Shown: piece after piece, positions 1 through 9,042 of the stretch
How positions within the stretch are numbered: the first letter of the stretch is position 1
How the letters are laid out: the number at the start of each line of letters is the position of its first letter
From: an uncultured Pseudomonadales bacterium
Lineage (GTDB): Bacteria > Patescibacteriota > Microgenomatia > UBA1400 > PJMF01
Reading direction: 5' to 3'
Assembly: GCA_964521215.1 (NCBI GenBank)
Contig: CAZFRD010000003.1
Coordinates: 425 to 64,424, forward strand
DNA: 64,000 nucleotides
Made by a program: the position numbers and the translations under genes
The notes under the pieces: model-generated
Told to the model about the DNA's origin: nothing
The model's input: the letters and a program-made list of their open reading frames with translations, nothing else
Database searches by the model: none

Positions 1-27
1 AGTATCACTATTAACCAAAAACCCTCT

Positions 28-654
28 ATGCCATTAACACAAGAAACAGAATCAAATAAACGCCCTACAGTTAGACAATTATCGAACGCTTATCTTCAAC
101 TAGATTCAGTTATTCCAGGTAACGAACGTCCCTTTGATGGAAGATTAGCCGCACATAGTAAGTTAGTATCAGAATTAAAAATTACCTCTGGATTAGTTGA
201 ATGCCCAGAGAAGCCTTTCAATGAATGGAGTCCAGAGGATATTGAGACTTTTGTAAAATATTTAGAAAGTGATGTACTACCCCCGATGGAACTCGCAATT
301 GAAGTGATTCATCATTATCTAAAGGAAGATGGAATGCAGGATGAAAAAGCCTACAATGTTTACTCTAATTTGTTTTTCTTTTTTGACTTACTTAGATTAG
401 GTTACTTTAGCAGAATTAAAAAAGGTGAAACAAAAAGCTCGCTCATCGCTGATTGTGAAACTCTTGCAAAATTAATCGCAGCTTTTTGTACTAGTTTATA
501 TGGCATAAATGAAGAAATTATAAATTTAGGTGGCCATCAAACTGCGGGTCAATTTCCTCGAACAGTTTTACTAAGAATTAGCGAAGAGACAAGAAACTTT
601 CAGAAATCTCTCCAACTTTCTTTACTAACTCCAATTGAACCAACTATCACATAG
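28..654 (+). CDS. hypothetical protein (low-GC left-edge island)
   Basis: 208-aa ORF with no recognisable motif. The region is clearly more AT-rich than the core genes. Confidence 0.4.
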   Translation: MPLTQETESNKRPTVRQLSNAYLQLDSVIPGNERPFDGRLAAHSKLVSELKITSGLVECPEKPFNEWSPEDIETFVKYLESDVLPPMELAIEVIHHYLKEDGMQDEKAYNVYSNLFFFFDLLRLGYFSRIKKGETKSSLIADCETLAKLIAAFCTSLYGINEEIINLGGHQTAGQFPRTVLLRISEETRNFQKSLQLSLLTPIEPTIT

Positions 655-684
655 GCAGTAAAAACTAACAGGGACTCTAACAAT

Positions 685-1617
685 ATGCCACGATTTCCAG
701 ATAGAGCTGAATCACCTGAAAACAATCCCCCAAGAGAGTTTGAAGTCAATGAGGTTAGATTTAGAGAATACATTGAAGAAATCCTAAGAGAAGTAATGCC
801 TGGCTATATACTTCCCCTTAGAGGCAAAAAACCAGCTCAACCCGATCATCTTACTTACTCAAATCCCTACGTCGTAATTAACCAATGGGTTGGATTAAGA
901 GGTTTTGACACCAAACCTCCCAAAGGCTTGTTCGTAGATGGCTTAGCTATTTGGGACTGTATTAATGCAATAAAAACGAATGAGCTTACTGAAGATGTCC
1001 GACTCATAGCAGCAATCATGGCTTTAAATGACAAATTAACCTTACAATACCTTGAACTTGAAGAGGCTCATACAAACCCAATACGGCTTAAAGCTGCGAA
1101 ACAACAACTGCTTAGAAGTTGCTACTTGCTAGAAAAATTACTTACCCCAGATGGTCAAAAGAGTGTTGACCAATTCTTCTCTTCTAATAATAGAATAAGT
1201 CCAACGCTAACGTTTCAAGAATTGGGACTTTTCTTTGAGCTTCACCTTGTTGATTTAACAACTCCGGAAAATATTTATTTAGAAGCTCCCATTGATTTTC
1301 CATCTCCTTCTATAAAAAGGGATGGACCTAACCCCTCAAGCCTTGAGTATTTTACCAATGAATTTGACCAGAATTTTTTTAATCTAATGATAAAAATACT
1401 CAAACATCTTTTGTTTTCATTCCTGTTACCGGGAAATATCAGGTTAACTGATGTAGAAATTCAAGATTTGTGTAAAACTATGCTTAGTCATCTTGACCAA
1501 GAGACACAATTCCTTATATCAAATATAATCGTTAGGGTAGTCTCAAACCCTCAACTTACTACAATCTTTGCTCCTGGGTCAATTAAAGTAGTTGCCGCAG
1601 AAACATTTAGATCCTAA
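685..1617 (+). CDS. hypothetical protein
   Basis: 310-aa ORF with no recognisable family, in the same AT-rich block as the upstream ORF. Confidence 0.4.
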   Translation: MPRFPDRAESPENNPPREFEVNEVRFREYIEEILREVMPGYILPLRGKKPAQPDHLTYSNPYVVINQWVGLRGFDTKPPKGLFVDGLAIWDCINAIKTNELTEDVRLIAAIMALNDKLTLQYLELEEAHTNPIRLKAAKQQLLRSCYLLEKLLTPDGQKSVDQFFSSNNRISPTLTFQELGLFFELHLVDLTTPENIYLEAPIDFPSPSIKRDGPNPSSLEYFTNEFDQNFFNLMIKILKHLLFSFLLPGNIRLTDVEIQDLCKTMLSHLDQETQFLISNIIVRVVSNPQLTTIFAPGSIKVVAAETFRS

Positions 1618-1618
1618 T

Positions 1619-2602
1619 CTATACGACCTTTAAACAATTATTCTCCGTTTTTTTCCACCACGTCATTTGTCTTTTTGCATACTGGAATTCGTGAAGGGCC
1701 CAAAGTTGTTGACAGTTTTCTGCAGAAATTTCTCCATTTAGATAACTGCGAATTTCTGGCACGCCAAGCGTTGTTAGTACTGGGGCTGATGCTGGTAATT
1801 TAAGTTTGAGTAGATTTTTTACCTCTTGTATTGCGCCGCTGGCAAACCGTTTTTCTACTCGTTGTTTAATTCGCTTTTCTATTAGCTCCAGCGGCGCTGT
1901 GACTAATTCCACGTGATTATCAACTTGGCTCCACAGCATCGGCGAATTGGTTGATTTAGTCAGTGAGCCACTTCCATGTTTTTTTTGCCAAGTTGCCACC
2001 TCAATAGCACGAAGCAACCTTCGAGAATTCTCTCTGTCCGAATCATTCATCTGCTCCAACCGAGCTGAATCGATCTCTGCTAACCATCGTTGTAAATCCG
2101 CTACCGACATGTTTTCCGCCTTGCGTCTCATAGTTAAGTCTTGAGGAATTTGGGGTGTTACGTCATCAGAAAATAAATGTTTGTGATACAGCCCTGTGCC
2201 TCCTACCAGCATTGGTTGACGATTATTCGACCAGCTCCACTGCATAATTTCTCTTGCAAAGTTGACAAAATGAGCGAGAGACCACTCTGCAGTTGGATCG
2301 ATCATCGAAATTCCAAAGATTCGAATAGAGCCGTCTATATTTGTGAAGTAGTTAGGGTTGCTCTGAGGGGTGTCACACTGAGCATGTCGAAGTGTGACAA
2401 CCTCAAACCCCTCCGGCACATCCGCACCCGTCAAAATCTCCAATCCCTTATACACTTGCCTGGAGTCGGCACTGATCACATCCACCCCCGCCACTTTTTT
2501 CTCTCTCACCAATTGGCCAGCAATCGCCAAAGCTCTATCCGTCTTACCACAGGCGGTGGGACCAACAACAGAAATGCAGTGATTCGCTTGATCAATTTTC
2601 AT
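1619..2602 (-). CDS. miaA: tRNA dimethylallyltransferase
   Basis: N-terminal P-loop VVGPTACGKT and overall MiaA-like sequence. Overlaps the downstream NUDIX gene by 4 nt. Contains an in-frame palindromic repeat copy (see the repeat feature at 2367..2404). Confidence 0.85.
   Translation of the reverse strand: MKIDQANHCISVVGPTACGKTDRALAIAGQLVREKKVAGVDVISADSRQVYKGLEILTGADVPEGFEVVTLRHAQCDTPQSNPNYFTNIDGSIRIFGISMIDPTAEWSLAHFVNFAREIMQWSWSNNRQPMLVGGTGLYHKHLFSDDVTPQIPQDLTMRRKAENMSVADLQRWLAEIDSARLEQMNDSDRENSRRLLRAIEVATWQKKHGSGSLTKSTNSPMLWSQVDNHVELVTAPLELIEKRIKQRVEKRFASGAIQEVKNLLKLKLPASAPVLTTLGVPEIRSYLNGEISAENCQQLWALHEFQYAKRQMTWWKKTENNCLKVV
2367..2404. repeat. palindromic repeat unit, in-frame inside miaA
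   Basis: Sequence ggggtGTCACACTGAGCATGTCGAAGTGTGACaacctc. Perfect 8-bp inverted repeat GTCACACT/AGTGTGAC around an 11-nt loop. Same family as the units at 4681-4810 and 54226-54474. Confidence 0.7.
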
Positions 2603-3015
2603 ATCTCAACCACCTGGAATGCCTTTTTTTTCGAGAGCAACATGTCCAAACCAGCTTTGTGTCCCAGTAAAATATCCTCAGGCAAATTTTCGAGTGAAAA
2701 CCATACCCAATTTTCAGACTTTTCAGGTTCAAGATTAGTAATCTGGCCTTTCCACTCAGTACATACAAACACAAACTGCAAGAAAAAGTGGGTTTTTTGC
2801 CACTCTTTAACCAAACCTAAGAATTGAAATTGTACCGGCACCACCCCAACTTCCTCTAAAAGTTCTCGAGTCATACAGTGTTCTAGTATTTCTTGTTCGT
2901 CAACATGTCCTCCGGGTAATCCGTACAGTCCTTCACCGTAGGCATGCTTGCGTTTGGCTAATAATACTTTGTTATCTTTTAGCAATATTACTGGGACTCC
3001 AAGATTTTTTATCAT
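2599..3015 (-). CDS. NUDIX hydrolase
   Basis: Nudix box GGHVDEQEILEHCMTRELLEEVGV (GX5EX7REUXEEXGU) in a 138-aa protein. Confidence 0.8.
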   Translation of the reverse strand: MIKNLGVPVILLKDNKVLLAKRKHAYGEGLYGLPGGHVDEQEILEHCMTRELLEEVGVVPVQFQFLGLVKEWQKTHFFLQFVFVCTEWKGQITNLEPEKSENWVWFSLENLPEDILLGHKAGLDMLLSKKKAFQVVEI

Positions 3016-3102
3016 GCCTGATATTATAATGCGAAATAAAACACTAATATACTCAAGCGCCTTCGAATGTGTTAGTTCTTTGTTATGTTATGATAGCTTT
3101 AT

Positions 3103-3495
3103 ATGGCCAAAACACCAGAAATAGTTCAACCACTTCAACTTCCCGATGAATTTCTCAAAGAATTTAAAACATTCGCATCAGAAATTCGTAATAATCTAAC
3201 TCATTTAATTGTTACGCTAGCTGATGTAGAAAGCTACCAACTACCAGTTGATGCAAAAGACAAAATATTGCCATCAAGTATCGAAGCAGACAAGAAAAAT
3301 CTAGAGCAACTTGCAGCTCTTGTCATTAATCTTGCGAAACAGCAACTCGATAATAACTACGCTGTTGAAATGGGCGAGTTGCTTAAAGAATTCATCAAAA
3401 CACAGGGACTTATGACAAATCAAGAAGCCGAACTAATTTTACTGTACTATCACGAGATAGCGGGGTTAAATGCTCTATTTAAAAATCAAGAATAA
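3103..3495 (+). CDS. hypothetical protein
   Basis: 130-aa ORF with no motif recognised. Confidence 0.4.
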   Translation: MAKTPEIVQPLQLPDEFLKEFKTFASEIRNNLTHLIVTLADVESYQLPVDAKDKILPSSIEADKKNLEQLAALVINLAKQQLDNNYAVEMGELLKEFIKTQGLMTNQEAELILLYYHEIAGLNALFKNQE

Positions 3496-4665
3496 TCAGA
3501 TAACCTTAGGTCTTCTCTTTAAATTGTCTTTATTGATCATCTGATCTAAAATTTCCCACCGGCGTTTTTTTTCTTTGTGAGGAATATCGTCTGGATAGAT
3601 CCGCCAACTAGCAGTACCAGGGCGAGGAGAGTACATCGCCACAAAACCTACATGCCAATCCATCTGCTTGGCCAGTTCCAGTGTTTCTTGAAATTCCTCT
3701 TCTGTTTCGCCGGCAAAACCAACGACAATATCAGTGCCGATAACAATATTCGGATCAGCCGATCTCAGTTTATTCACAACTTCAATATAAGTTTCTCTGG
3801 TGTAACCCCGGTTCATCCGATACAAAACAGCGTTGCTTCCAGACTGAACTGGTAAATGCACATAGCGATCAATTTTCTGATTCTTGCCAATTTCTGCAAT
3901 CAACTCATCATGAAAATCCCAAGGATTACTCGTCATAAACCGAATAGTTTTAACTTCGTCAAAGGCCGAAATCGCTTGGAGTAATTTCACAAACGGCGGC
4001 GTTTCGGTCGGCTTAAGATACTGCGACTGATTCTCCGGCAAATCTTCTCGATTAAAATCTGCCTTTTCCAACATCAACTTGCGAAAGCCAATCCCCACTT
4101 TTTCCAACCCCCAGGAATTCACATTCATACCCAACAAAGTAATTTCTTCGTAGCCCTGATCAACCAGCCTCTTTACTTCCTCCATAATGCTGGCAAATGG
4201 CCGAGACTGCTCTCTACCTCTGGAATAGGGGACGATGCAGTAGGTACAAAAAGAGTTGCAGCCAGTCGAGATGGGAATCCAAGCGTGCTTAGTATCTTTC
4301 CTTACAGCTGCTTGATTAAAACCAACCTCGTTAATCGGTAAAATTTCATCAATAATCGGCATCATGGTATACAATTTTTCATTGCCATGATGCACCATAC
4401 AACCGGTTAGAATTATCTTCGGTCGCTGTCTACCTTGTTCATTAAAATACACTGCCACCGTGTGCAAAAAACCTCTGGCACGATCTTCTGCCGACTGTCT
4501 GACAGCACAAGTGTTGATCACTAGTTCATCACAGGTTTGCCAATCGCTGGCTTCTGAATAACCACGAGCCTGATAATCACCAGCAATCCGCTCGCTATCG
4601 GACTTGTTGGACTGGCAACCAAAAGTATGAATAAAATATGTTGGCATGAAGGGATAGTGTAACAC
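3496..4665 (-). CDS. miaB: tRNA methylthiotransferase (radical SAM MTTase)
   Basis: N-terminal MTTase motif TFGCQSN and radical-SAM CxxxCxxC (CNSFCTYC). Sits adjacent to miaA. Confidence 0.75.
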   Translation of the reverse strand: MLHYPFMPTYFIHTFGCQSNKSDSERIAGDYQARGYSEASDWQTCDELVINTCAVRQSAEDRARGFLHTVAVYFNEQGRQRPKIILTGCMVHHGNEKLYTMMPIIDEILPINEVGFNQAAVRKDTKHAWIPISTGCNSFCTYCIVPYSRGREQSRPFASIMEEVKRLVDQGYEEITLLGMNVNSWGLEKVGIGFRKLMLEKADFNREDLPENQSQYLKPTETPPFVKLLQAISAFDEVKTIRFMTSNPWDFHDELIAEIGKNQKIDRYVHLPVQSGSNAVLYRMNRGYTRETYIEVVNKLRSADPNIVIGTDIVVGFAGETEEEFQETLELAKQMDWHVGFVAMYSPRPGTASWRIYPDDIPHKEKKRRWEILDQMINKDNLKRRPKVI

Positions 4666-4680
4666 TAACCCAATGTCTGC

Positions 4681-4726
4681 TTCGACACGCTTCGATAAAC
4701 TCAGCGTGACATCAGCATGACATTGG
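4681..4726. repeat. palindromic repeat unit (reverse orientation) plus partial inverse half
   Basis: ttcgacacgcTTCGATAAACTCAGCGTGAC is the reverse complement of GTCACGCTGAGTTTATCGAAGCGTG. It is followed by atcagcatgaca, which is also found at 54291-54306. Confidence 0.6.
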
Positions 4727-4747
4727 TTTAGTCATTTTGAGTAAGAC

Positions 4748-4810
4748 GGGTTGTCACACTGAGCAGTATCCCTGAGTTCATCGAGGGGTTGTCGAAGTGC
4801 GACAACCCCT
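4748..4810. repeat. palindromic repeat unit with ~27-nt loop insertion
   Basis: gggttGTCACACTGAGC[agtatccctgagttcatcgagggg]TTGTCGAAGTGCGACaacccc. The terminal GGGGTTGTCG/CGACAACCCC is a perfect 10-bp inverted repeat. The element encodes the last 9 codons and the TGA stop of the upstream minus-strand ORF. Confidence 0.65.
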
Positions 4811-5452
4811 TAACCAAGAATAAATTTCAAGCAATCCAACCACTAGTAATAACAATGCCGCAGGTTTCGACTGCATGGCCACATGAGCAAAGATCAACCA
4901 AAGAGCAACGTAGGTCAGTCGTTGTAAAACTTTCCAAGATTTACCAAGCTTTTTCATCGATAGATCATTTGAAGTTAACCAAACTGGCAAGAGTAACAAC
5001 CAAGCGATTAGGGCAACTTGTTCAAACAAACGGAAGGGAGTGGGGAAGACAACAGTACCAGTTGAAACTAATTGAATTGCGATATACGGCAAAGTACTAG
5101 AGAAGCTCATGTGCACAAACGCCGTGGTAAACATCAGAATACCCAAGTGACGACGAAAGGGGGTAATCAGGGTGGCAATGGGTAAAGTTACCAGAGGCAC
5201 TATTTTTAAACGCTTCAAGATACCGGGAAGTAAAGTCAGACAAAATAAAAGTAGTGCTGTAGTACCCAGTTTTCTCCCGATGTTCAGCACCACAAATACT
5301 TGCTGAGGACTTAATATTGCAGTCAAGAGAGCCAAAAGCCAGATCAGCACCAAAAAAATTTCGATAATAAACAAACCAGTATTAATCTGCCTTTGGCGAG
5401 GAATTAGTTGTTTTTGGACAAATAGTAGCAAATCGCTTAAGTTTTTTTGCAT
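4778..5452 (-). CDS. polytopic membrane protein (His in TM helices; possibly ferric-reductase/MsrQ-like)
   Basis: 224 aa with several hydrophobic segments containing His (FRRHLG, FVHMSF, FAHVA). The C-terminal GCRTSTTPR and stop are encoded by the palindromic element. Confidence 0.45.
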   Translation of the reverse strand: MQKNLSDLLLFVQKQLIPRQRQINTGLFIIEIFLVLIWLLALLTAILSPQQVFVVLNIGRKLGTTALLLFCLTLLPGILKRLKIVPLVTLPIATLITPFRRHLGILMFTTAFVHMSFSSTLPYIAIQLVSTGTVVFPTPFRLFEQVALIAWLLLLPVWLTSNDLSMKKLGKSWKVLQRLTYVALWLIFAHVAMQSKPAALLLLVVGLLEIYSWLRGCRTSTTPR

Positions 5453-5453
5453 A

Positions 5454-5798
5454 CTAAGCCCTCTTTTGTTGAGCCATCAGAGCAAATGGTAAAAAATACC
5501 TCCTCATACTTTCGGCGGTAGATCGGTATTCATTGTCAAAAACAAAATAGTCAAACCAACACTCTTTCAGTCTCACCAGCTCTCGCAACCGATTGCTATT
5601 GCGCAACTGAGCCATAATGGTGAGTTGAAGTAATTCCACCGAACGAATAAAAGCACGCTCGGCTAACAAATCTTGGTGTTTCTCCCGCCAATGCAAACTG
5701 CGCTCAACTTCGCCACCAATGTGACCCATTTGTTCTGCAAATGAACGATGTTTCCAAGAACCAGATGCCTGATTGGAATGCTGCATAATTTCATTCAA
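5454..5798 (-). CDS. hypothetical protein
   Basis: 114-aa ORF that overlaps the upstream partner ORF by 8 nt. Confidence 0.35.
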   Translation of the reverse strand: MNEIMQHSNQASGSWKHRSFAEQMGHIGGEVERSLHWREKHQDLLAERAFIRSVELLQLTIMAQLRNSNRLRELVRLKECWFDYFVFDNEYRSTAESMRRYFLPFALMAQQKRA

Positions 5799-6138
5799 TA
5801 ACCATCTTCTCGATAATTTCCCTAATTTTCTTTTGCACGAGAGGGTTTTCTACGCCTCTCGATTTATTTCCTCCAGAGGGACGAAGATTAATCATTGAGT
5901 CATATTCAAGCCAATCTGTTGTCCCATGAAGCGAAGGGTACAAATTAATTCCCCACAAGTCAGCTTGTTTTGAACCTTTTTCGAGTAAAACTTGCTCTTC
6001 ATCAGCATGAAGTTCACCATTGATGGCAAGAATCTGTTTTTCCACGTCGATCACTGCCTTGACCATATCACCAAAAACTTCTTCGGCCTCCTGCCTGAGC
6101 TCAGCCAGAGTAATCGGGTTTCTGATGATCCTGATCAT
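5791..6138 (-). CDS. hypothetical protein
   Basis: 115-aa ORF, translationally coupled to ORF 5454..5798. Confidence 0.4.
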   Translation of the reverse strand: MIRIIRNPITLAELRQEAEEVFGDMVKAVIDVEKQILAINGELHADEEQVLLEKGSKQADLWGINLYPSLHGTTDWLEYDSMINLRPSGGNKSRGVENPLVQKKIREIIEKMVIE

Positions 6139-6163
6139 AAAAATGAGTATAGCATGGTCACTA

Positions 6164-6994
6164 CTAGAGAGTTTTTAGCTCAAACTCGGTGCCACCGGCG
6201 GGATAATCAAAGCGCACAGCGGCGGTTTTTTCGCTCATGTGATGAACTCGTAAAAAGAGTTCGACAAACGGGTTGTCGTACCCGCTAGAACCAGCATTGA
6301 CTGCCAAGACGCCTCGATCCACCGTGAATCCACCCGTAGCGACAACCCCCAACATGCTGACGCCATTACAGATCACTTGCACACTTTGACCAACCGTGAA
6401 ACCGCGTTTATCCAGATCTGATTTACGCATGGTGGTTTTAATATTGCCAAACCCATCGGTCCAAGCAATTAAATTGGATGGAATGTTGGGAATATCGGCC
6501 ACTGATAATTCTTTAGTTAAAATTGAGCGATCGCCGTTGAGCAAGCGAGCCACTCTTTCAGGAAAAAAATCACGAGAGCGAAATTGAGAGCCCTTATCTG
6601 GGCAATCAATTTCGCGAAACTCAACAATTTCAGATTTAACAAAACCAAAAGCAAATTCGCTCCAAACATTGATAATCTCAACCCCATTTTTTAAGCGGGC
6701 ATATTTAATACCATGATCAATGTTTGATTTAACCGCCCGAGCGGTATCTCTCCTTGGGGCGGCGTTGCCATAAATCACCATCTTGCCTTGGTTGGGTGCA
6801 AAGGCGTACTGGGCAGTGACGAAGCCAACCGCCATGGTATCTAGCGATGGTACTTCGGTGGGGTGGATCCGCACGCCGTGCGGATCCAGCAGATGATATT
6901 GAAGTCTGTTGGTAATTTCTCCAAACTCCATACCGCCCGCTTTATAGTCGCAGATAACATGTAATAGGGTGGGGGACTGAGCTATTTTTTTCAT
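6164..6994 (-). CDS. SAM hydroxide adenosyltransferase-like protein (DUF62 / fluorinase-chlorinase fold)
   Basis: SQFRSRDFFPERVARLL resembles the FHGRDIFAP motif, and WTDGFGNIKTT resembles IDxFGNLITN. The N-terminal CDYxAGG segment resembles TDFGxxDxYVG. Confidence 0.5.
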   Translation of the reverse strand: MKKIAQSPTLLHVICDYKAGGMEFGEITNRLQYHLLDPHGVRIHPTEVPSLDTMAVGFVTAQYAFAPNQGKMVIYGNAAPRRDTARAVKSNIDHGIKYARLKNGVEIINVWSEFAFGFVKSEIVEFREIDCPDKGSQFRSRDFFPERVARLLNGDRSILTKELSVADIPNIPSNLIAWTDGFGNIKTTMRKSDLDKRGFTVGQSVQVICNGVSMLGVVATGGFTVDRGVLAVNAGSSGYDNPFVELFLRVHHMSEKTAAVRFDYPAGGTEFELKTL

Positions 6995-6997
6995 AAG

Positions 6998-7072
6998 AGG
7001 CGCGGGCGGGATTTGAACCCGCGAATCGAAGGTTTTGCAGACCTCGCCATTGGACCACTCTGGTACCGCGCC
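6998..7072 (-). tRNA. tRNA-Cys (GCA)
   Basis: Reverse complement reads GGCGCGG-TA-CCAG..TGGTCC..-GAGGT-CTGCAAA-ACCTT-..GCGGGTTCAAATCCCGC-CCGCGCC-T. Cloverleaf with a 7-bp acceptor stem, anticodon GCA and a U discriminator. Confidence 0.85.
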
Positions 7073-7131
7073 GACTGGCTAGTTGATTATAACCGATAGC
7101 CACTGTCGGTATAGCGTATAATACCTAACTT

Positions 7132-8061
7132 ATGCCAAAAACCAAAAACACATCCACAAATAGTCCCACGCAACCACCATTAATTATTGGCAACACAATT
7201 TTGACCATCACTCTGCCTTGGATTCAAGTTGCGCCGGAGTATCAAAAAGTCATCAAGCGCATGGCTAAACAACTCAACCTCGCAGGCTTTCGTAAGGGTA
7301 TGGTCCCGCCTCATATCGCTGAAGAACAACTCAGGCCAGAGTCAATTGTCGAGTCTGTTTTACAAATATTACTACCCAAAGCCTACCAATATTTGCTAGA
7401 AAAAGAACAGAAACACCCGATTAGTGATCCAGAATTTGATCCCAAAGCAGTCACTAAGGGCTCCGACTGGTTAATAGAGGTACACTTAGCAGAAAAACCA
7501 GTGGTAGACGTGGCTAACTACGTCAAAATCGCCAAGGAGGCAAAAAAAGCTGCGCTGGTGCATCTCAAAGAGGAAGCCAAGCAAAAAGATGCTACCAAAC
7601 AAACCAAAGTTCCTCACGATGCTACTCACCAACAAAAGCACGATGATGACCATATTTTGCAACATATTTTTCAAGATCTAGTGAAAACCTGCAAACCTCA
7701 ATTGCCAGAATTACTCGTCAAACAACAAACTCGACGTGAATTGGAAAGGTTGGTCAAAGAACTCCAATCAATGAAGCTGACACTGGATGATTTTCTCCAA
7801 AGAAACAATCAGACCTTTGAACAATTATCTAGCCACGTAGCTTCTAGAGCGGTGGGGCAATTACAACTCGAGTTTATTCTTCAGGCTATTACTCAAAAAG
7901 CGACCATTACTGTGACGGACTCGGAAATTGACGAACTAATTAAGCTGACTCCAGATGAAAAAACTCGTGAAAACCAACTCAAGGACCCAAATTACCGGGA
8001 CGCGGGCAGAGAACACCTGACGAGAAAGAAATTATTTACTCATTTGCTCGCAGTGGCTTAA
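7132..8061 (+). CDS. tig: trigger factor (short form)
   Basis: N-terminal ribosome-binding signature GFRKGMVPPHIAEEQ. The protein is only 309 aa, so it is truncated relative to the ~430-aa canonical Tig. Confidence 0.6.
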   Translation: MPKTKNTSTNSPTQPPLIIGNTILTITLPWIQVAPEYQKVIKRMAKQLNLAGFRKGMVPPHIAEEQLRPESIVESVLQILLPKAYQYLLEKEQKHPISDPEFDPKAVTKGSDWLIEVHLAEKPVVDVANYVKIAKEAKKAALVHLKEEAKQKDATKQTKVPHDATHQQKHDDDHILQHIFQDLVKTCKPQLPELLVKQQTRRELERLVKELQSMKLTLDDFLQRNNQTFEQLSSHVASRAVGQLQLEFILQAITQKATITVTDSEIDELIKLTPDEKTRENQLKDPNYRDAGREHLTRKKLFTHLLAVA

Positions 8062-8131
8062 ATTGAAAGCCTCAAATTCAGCTTGATTATGAATTACTTG
8101 TGGGTATAATCTGCTTAGTCAAGTTGGGCTG

Positions 8132-8159
8132 TTGACTTTTTGTATTTTAGACCTATAAT
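8132..8159 (+). promoter_or_regulatory. sigma70-like promoter (TTGACT-16-TATAAT)
   Basis: TTGACT at 8132-8137 and TATAAT at 8154-8159, 27 nt upstream of the 8186 start. Confidence 0.35.
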
Positions 8160-8185
8160 TAACTGGTATAAAGTAGACAGAAACT

Positions 8186-8848
8186 ATGCAATCTCAGACA
8201 AACAGAGGAAGTTCCACTGGCAAAAATGCCTCTGTGGCGTCGCAAAATCCATTTGCTCGAGCTCTGGCAGAAGCAGAGAAGCAAGCTTCGGAAAATAATG
8301 GGCAAACCAAAGGCAATCTAGAACCAGGTTTTCCTAGCTTAGATAACTTCGGTAACTTGGGTCAGTTTGGTGGCAATCAGCTCAACCAAGAGCAACTGTT
8401 GCTCGAACAACAGGAAAAAGCCAAAAAAGAGCGACTTCGCCGCCATTTACACGAACAAATCAACCCGGTTGATACCACCAAAGTCTTTGATGCGCGTCAA
8501 AAACAAGTCAAAGAAGAAATTGACAAGTTGCGAATTGAGCTGAAGGCTTTATCCATGGAAGTTGCGGCCTTTCATAAAGAAATTGAAATTACTTTAATGA
8601 CGGAAGTCGGCTCACAGCCAGGAATGGAAGGCAAATATTATCTCAACTTTTTCCAACAATTGCGCGCTTTTATCATGTTACTTCGGCAAAAAATCCGCAG
8701 TGCTCGTACCTGGGCCAGCACGGCCGGTCAAAAGAAGAAAAAGAAAATGGTCGCTGCCGGCATCATGATTGATGGCTCAGCTCACGAACAGACTAAGAGT
8801 GTTTACGACATGATGCACCATGAACGCAGTAATGCCTATGGTGGATAA
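8186..8848 (+). CDS. hypothetical protein (Gln/Glu-rich, coiled-coil region)
   Basis: 220-aa ORF with a promoter-like element upstream. Confidence 0.4.
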   Translation: MQSQTNRGSSTGKNASVASQNPFARALAEAEKQASENNGQTKGNLEPGFPSLDNFGNLGQFGGNQLNQEQLLLEQQEKAKKERLRRHLHEQINPVDTTKVFDARQKQVKEEIDKLRIELKALSMEVAAFHKEIEITLMTEVGSQPGMEGKYYLNFFQQLRAFIMLLRQKIRSARTWASTAGQKKKKKMVAAGIMIDGSAHEQTKSVYDMMHHERSNAYGG

Positions 8849-8907
8849 ACCAATCGTTTCGTGCAGTGAAGTATTTTTTAACAACACGACTACTTAGTTT
8901 TATTTGA

Positions 8908-8972
8908 TAGTTTAGTGTAAAGCATGACTCCAGACGGGGCTATGGTTTACACTAAACTATGTTTTTCTTTTG
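8908..8972. terminator. bidirectional hairpin terminator between convergent genes
   Basis: Perfect 15-bp inverted repeat ATAGTTTAGTGTAAA (8908-8922) / TTTACACTAAACTAT (8946-8960), followed by GTTTTTCTTTTG. Confidence 0.4.
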
Positions 8973-9042
8973 TGTAGTGTGATCTCAAACCTTATGCTTT
9001 AGTGAGTAAATTTAAAAATAGAAAAGTTTGATACAAAAATAA

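Noticed and set aside
2372-2398. Hammerhead-ribozyme interpretation of the CTGAGC...GTCGAAG loop
   Set aside because: The conserved core CUGANGA...GAAA is not present (CUGAGCA and GAAG instead). No stem II or stem III arrangement fits.
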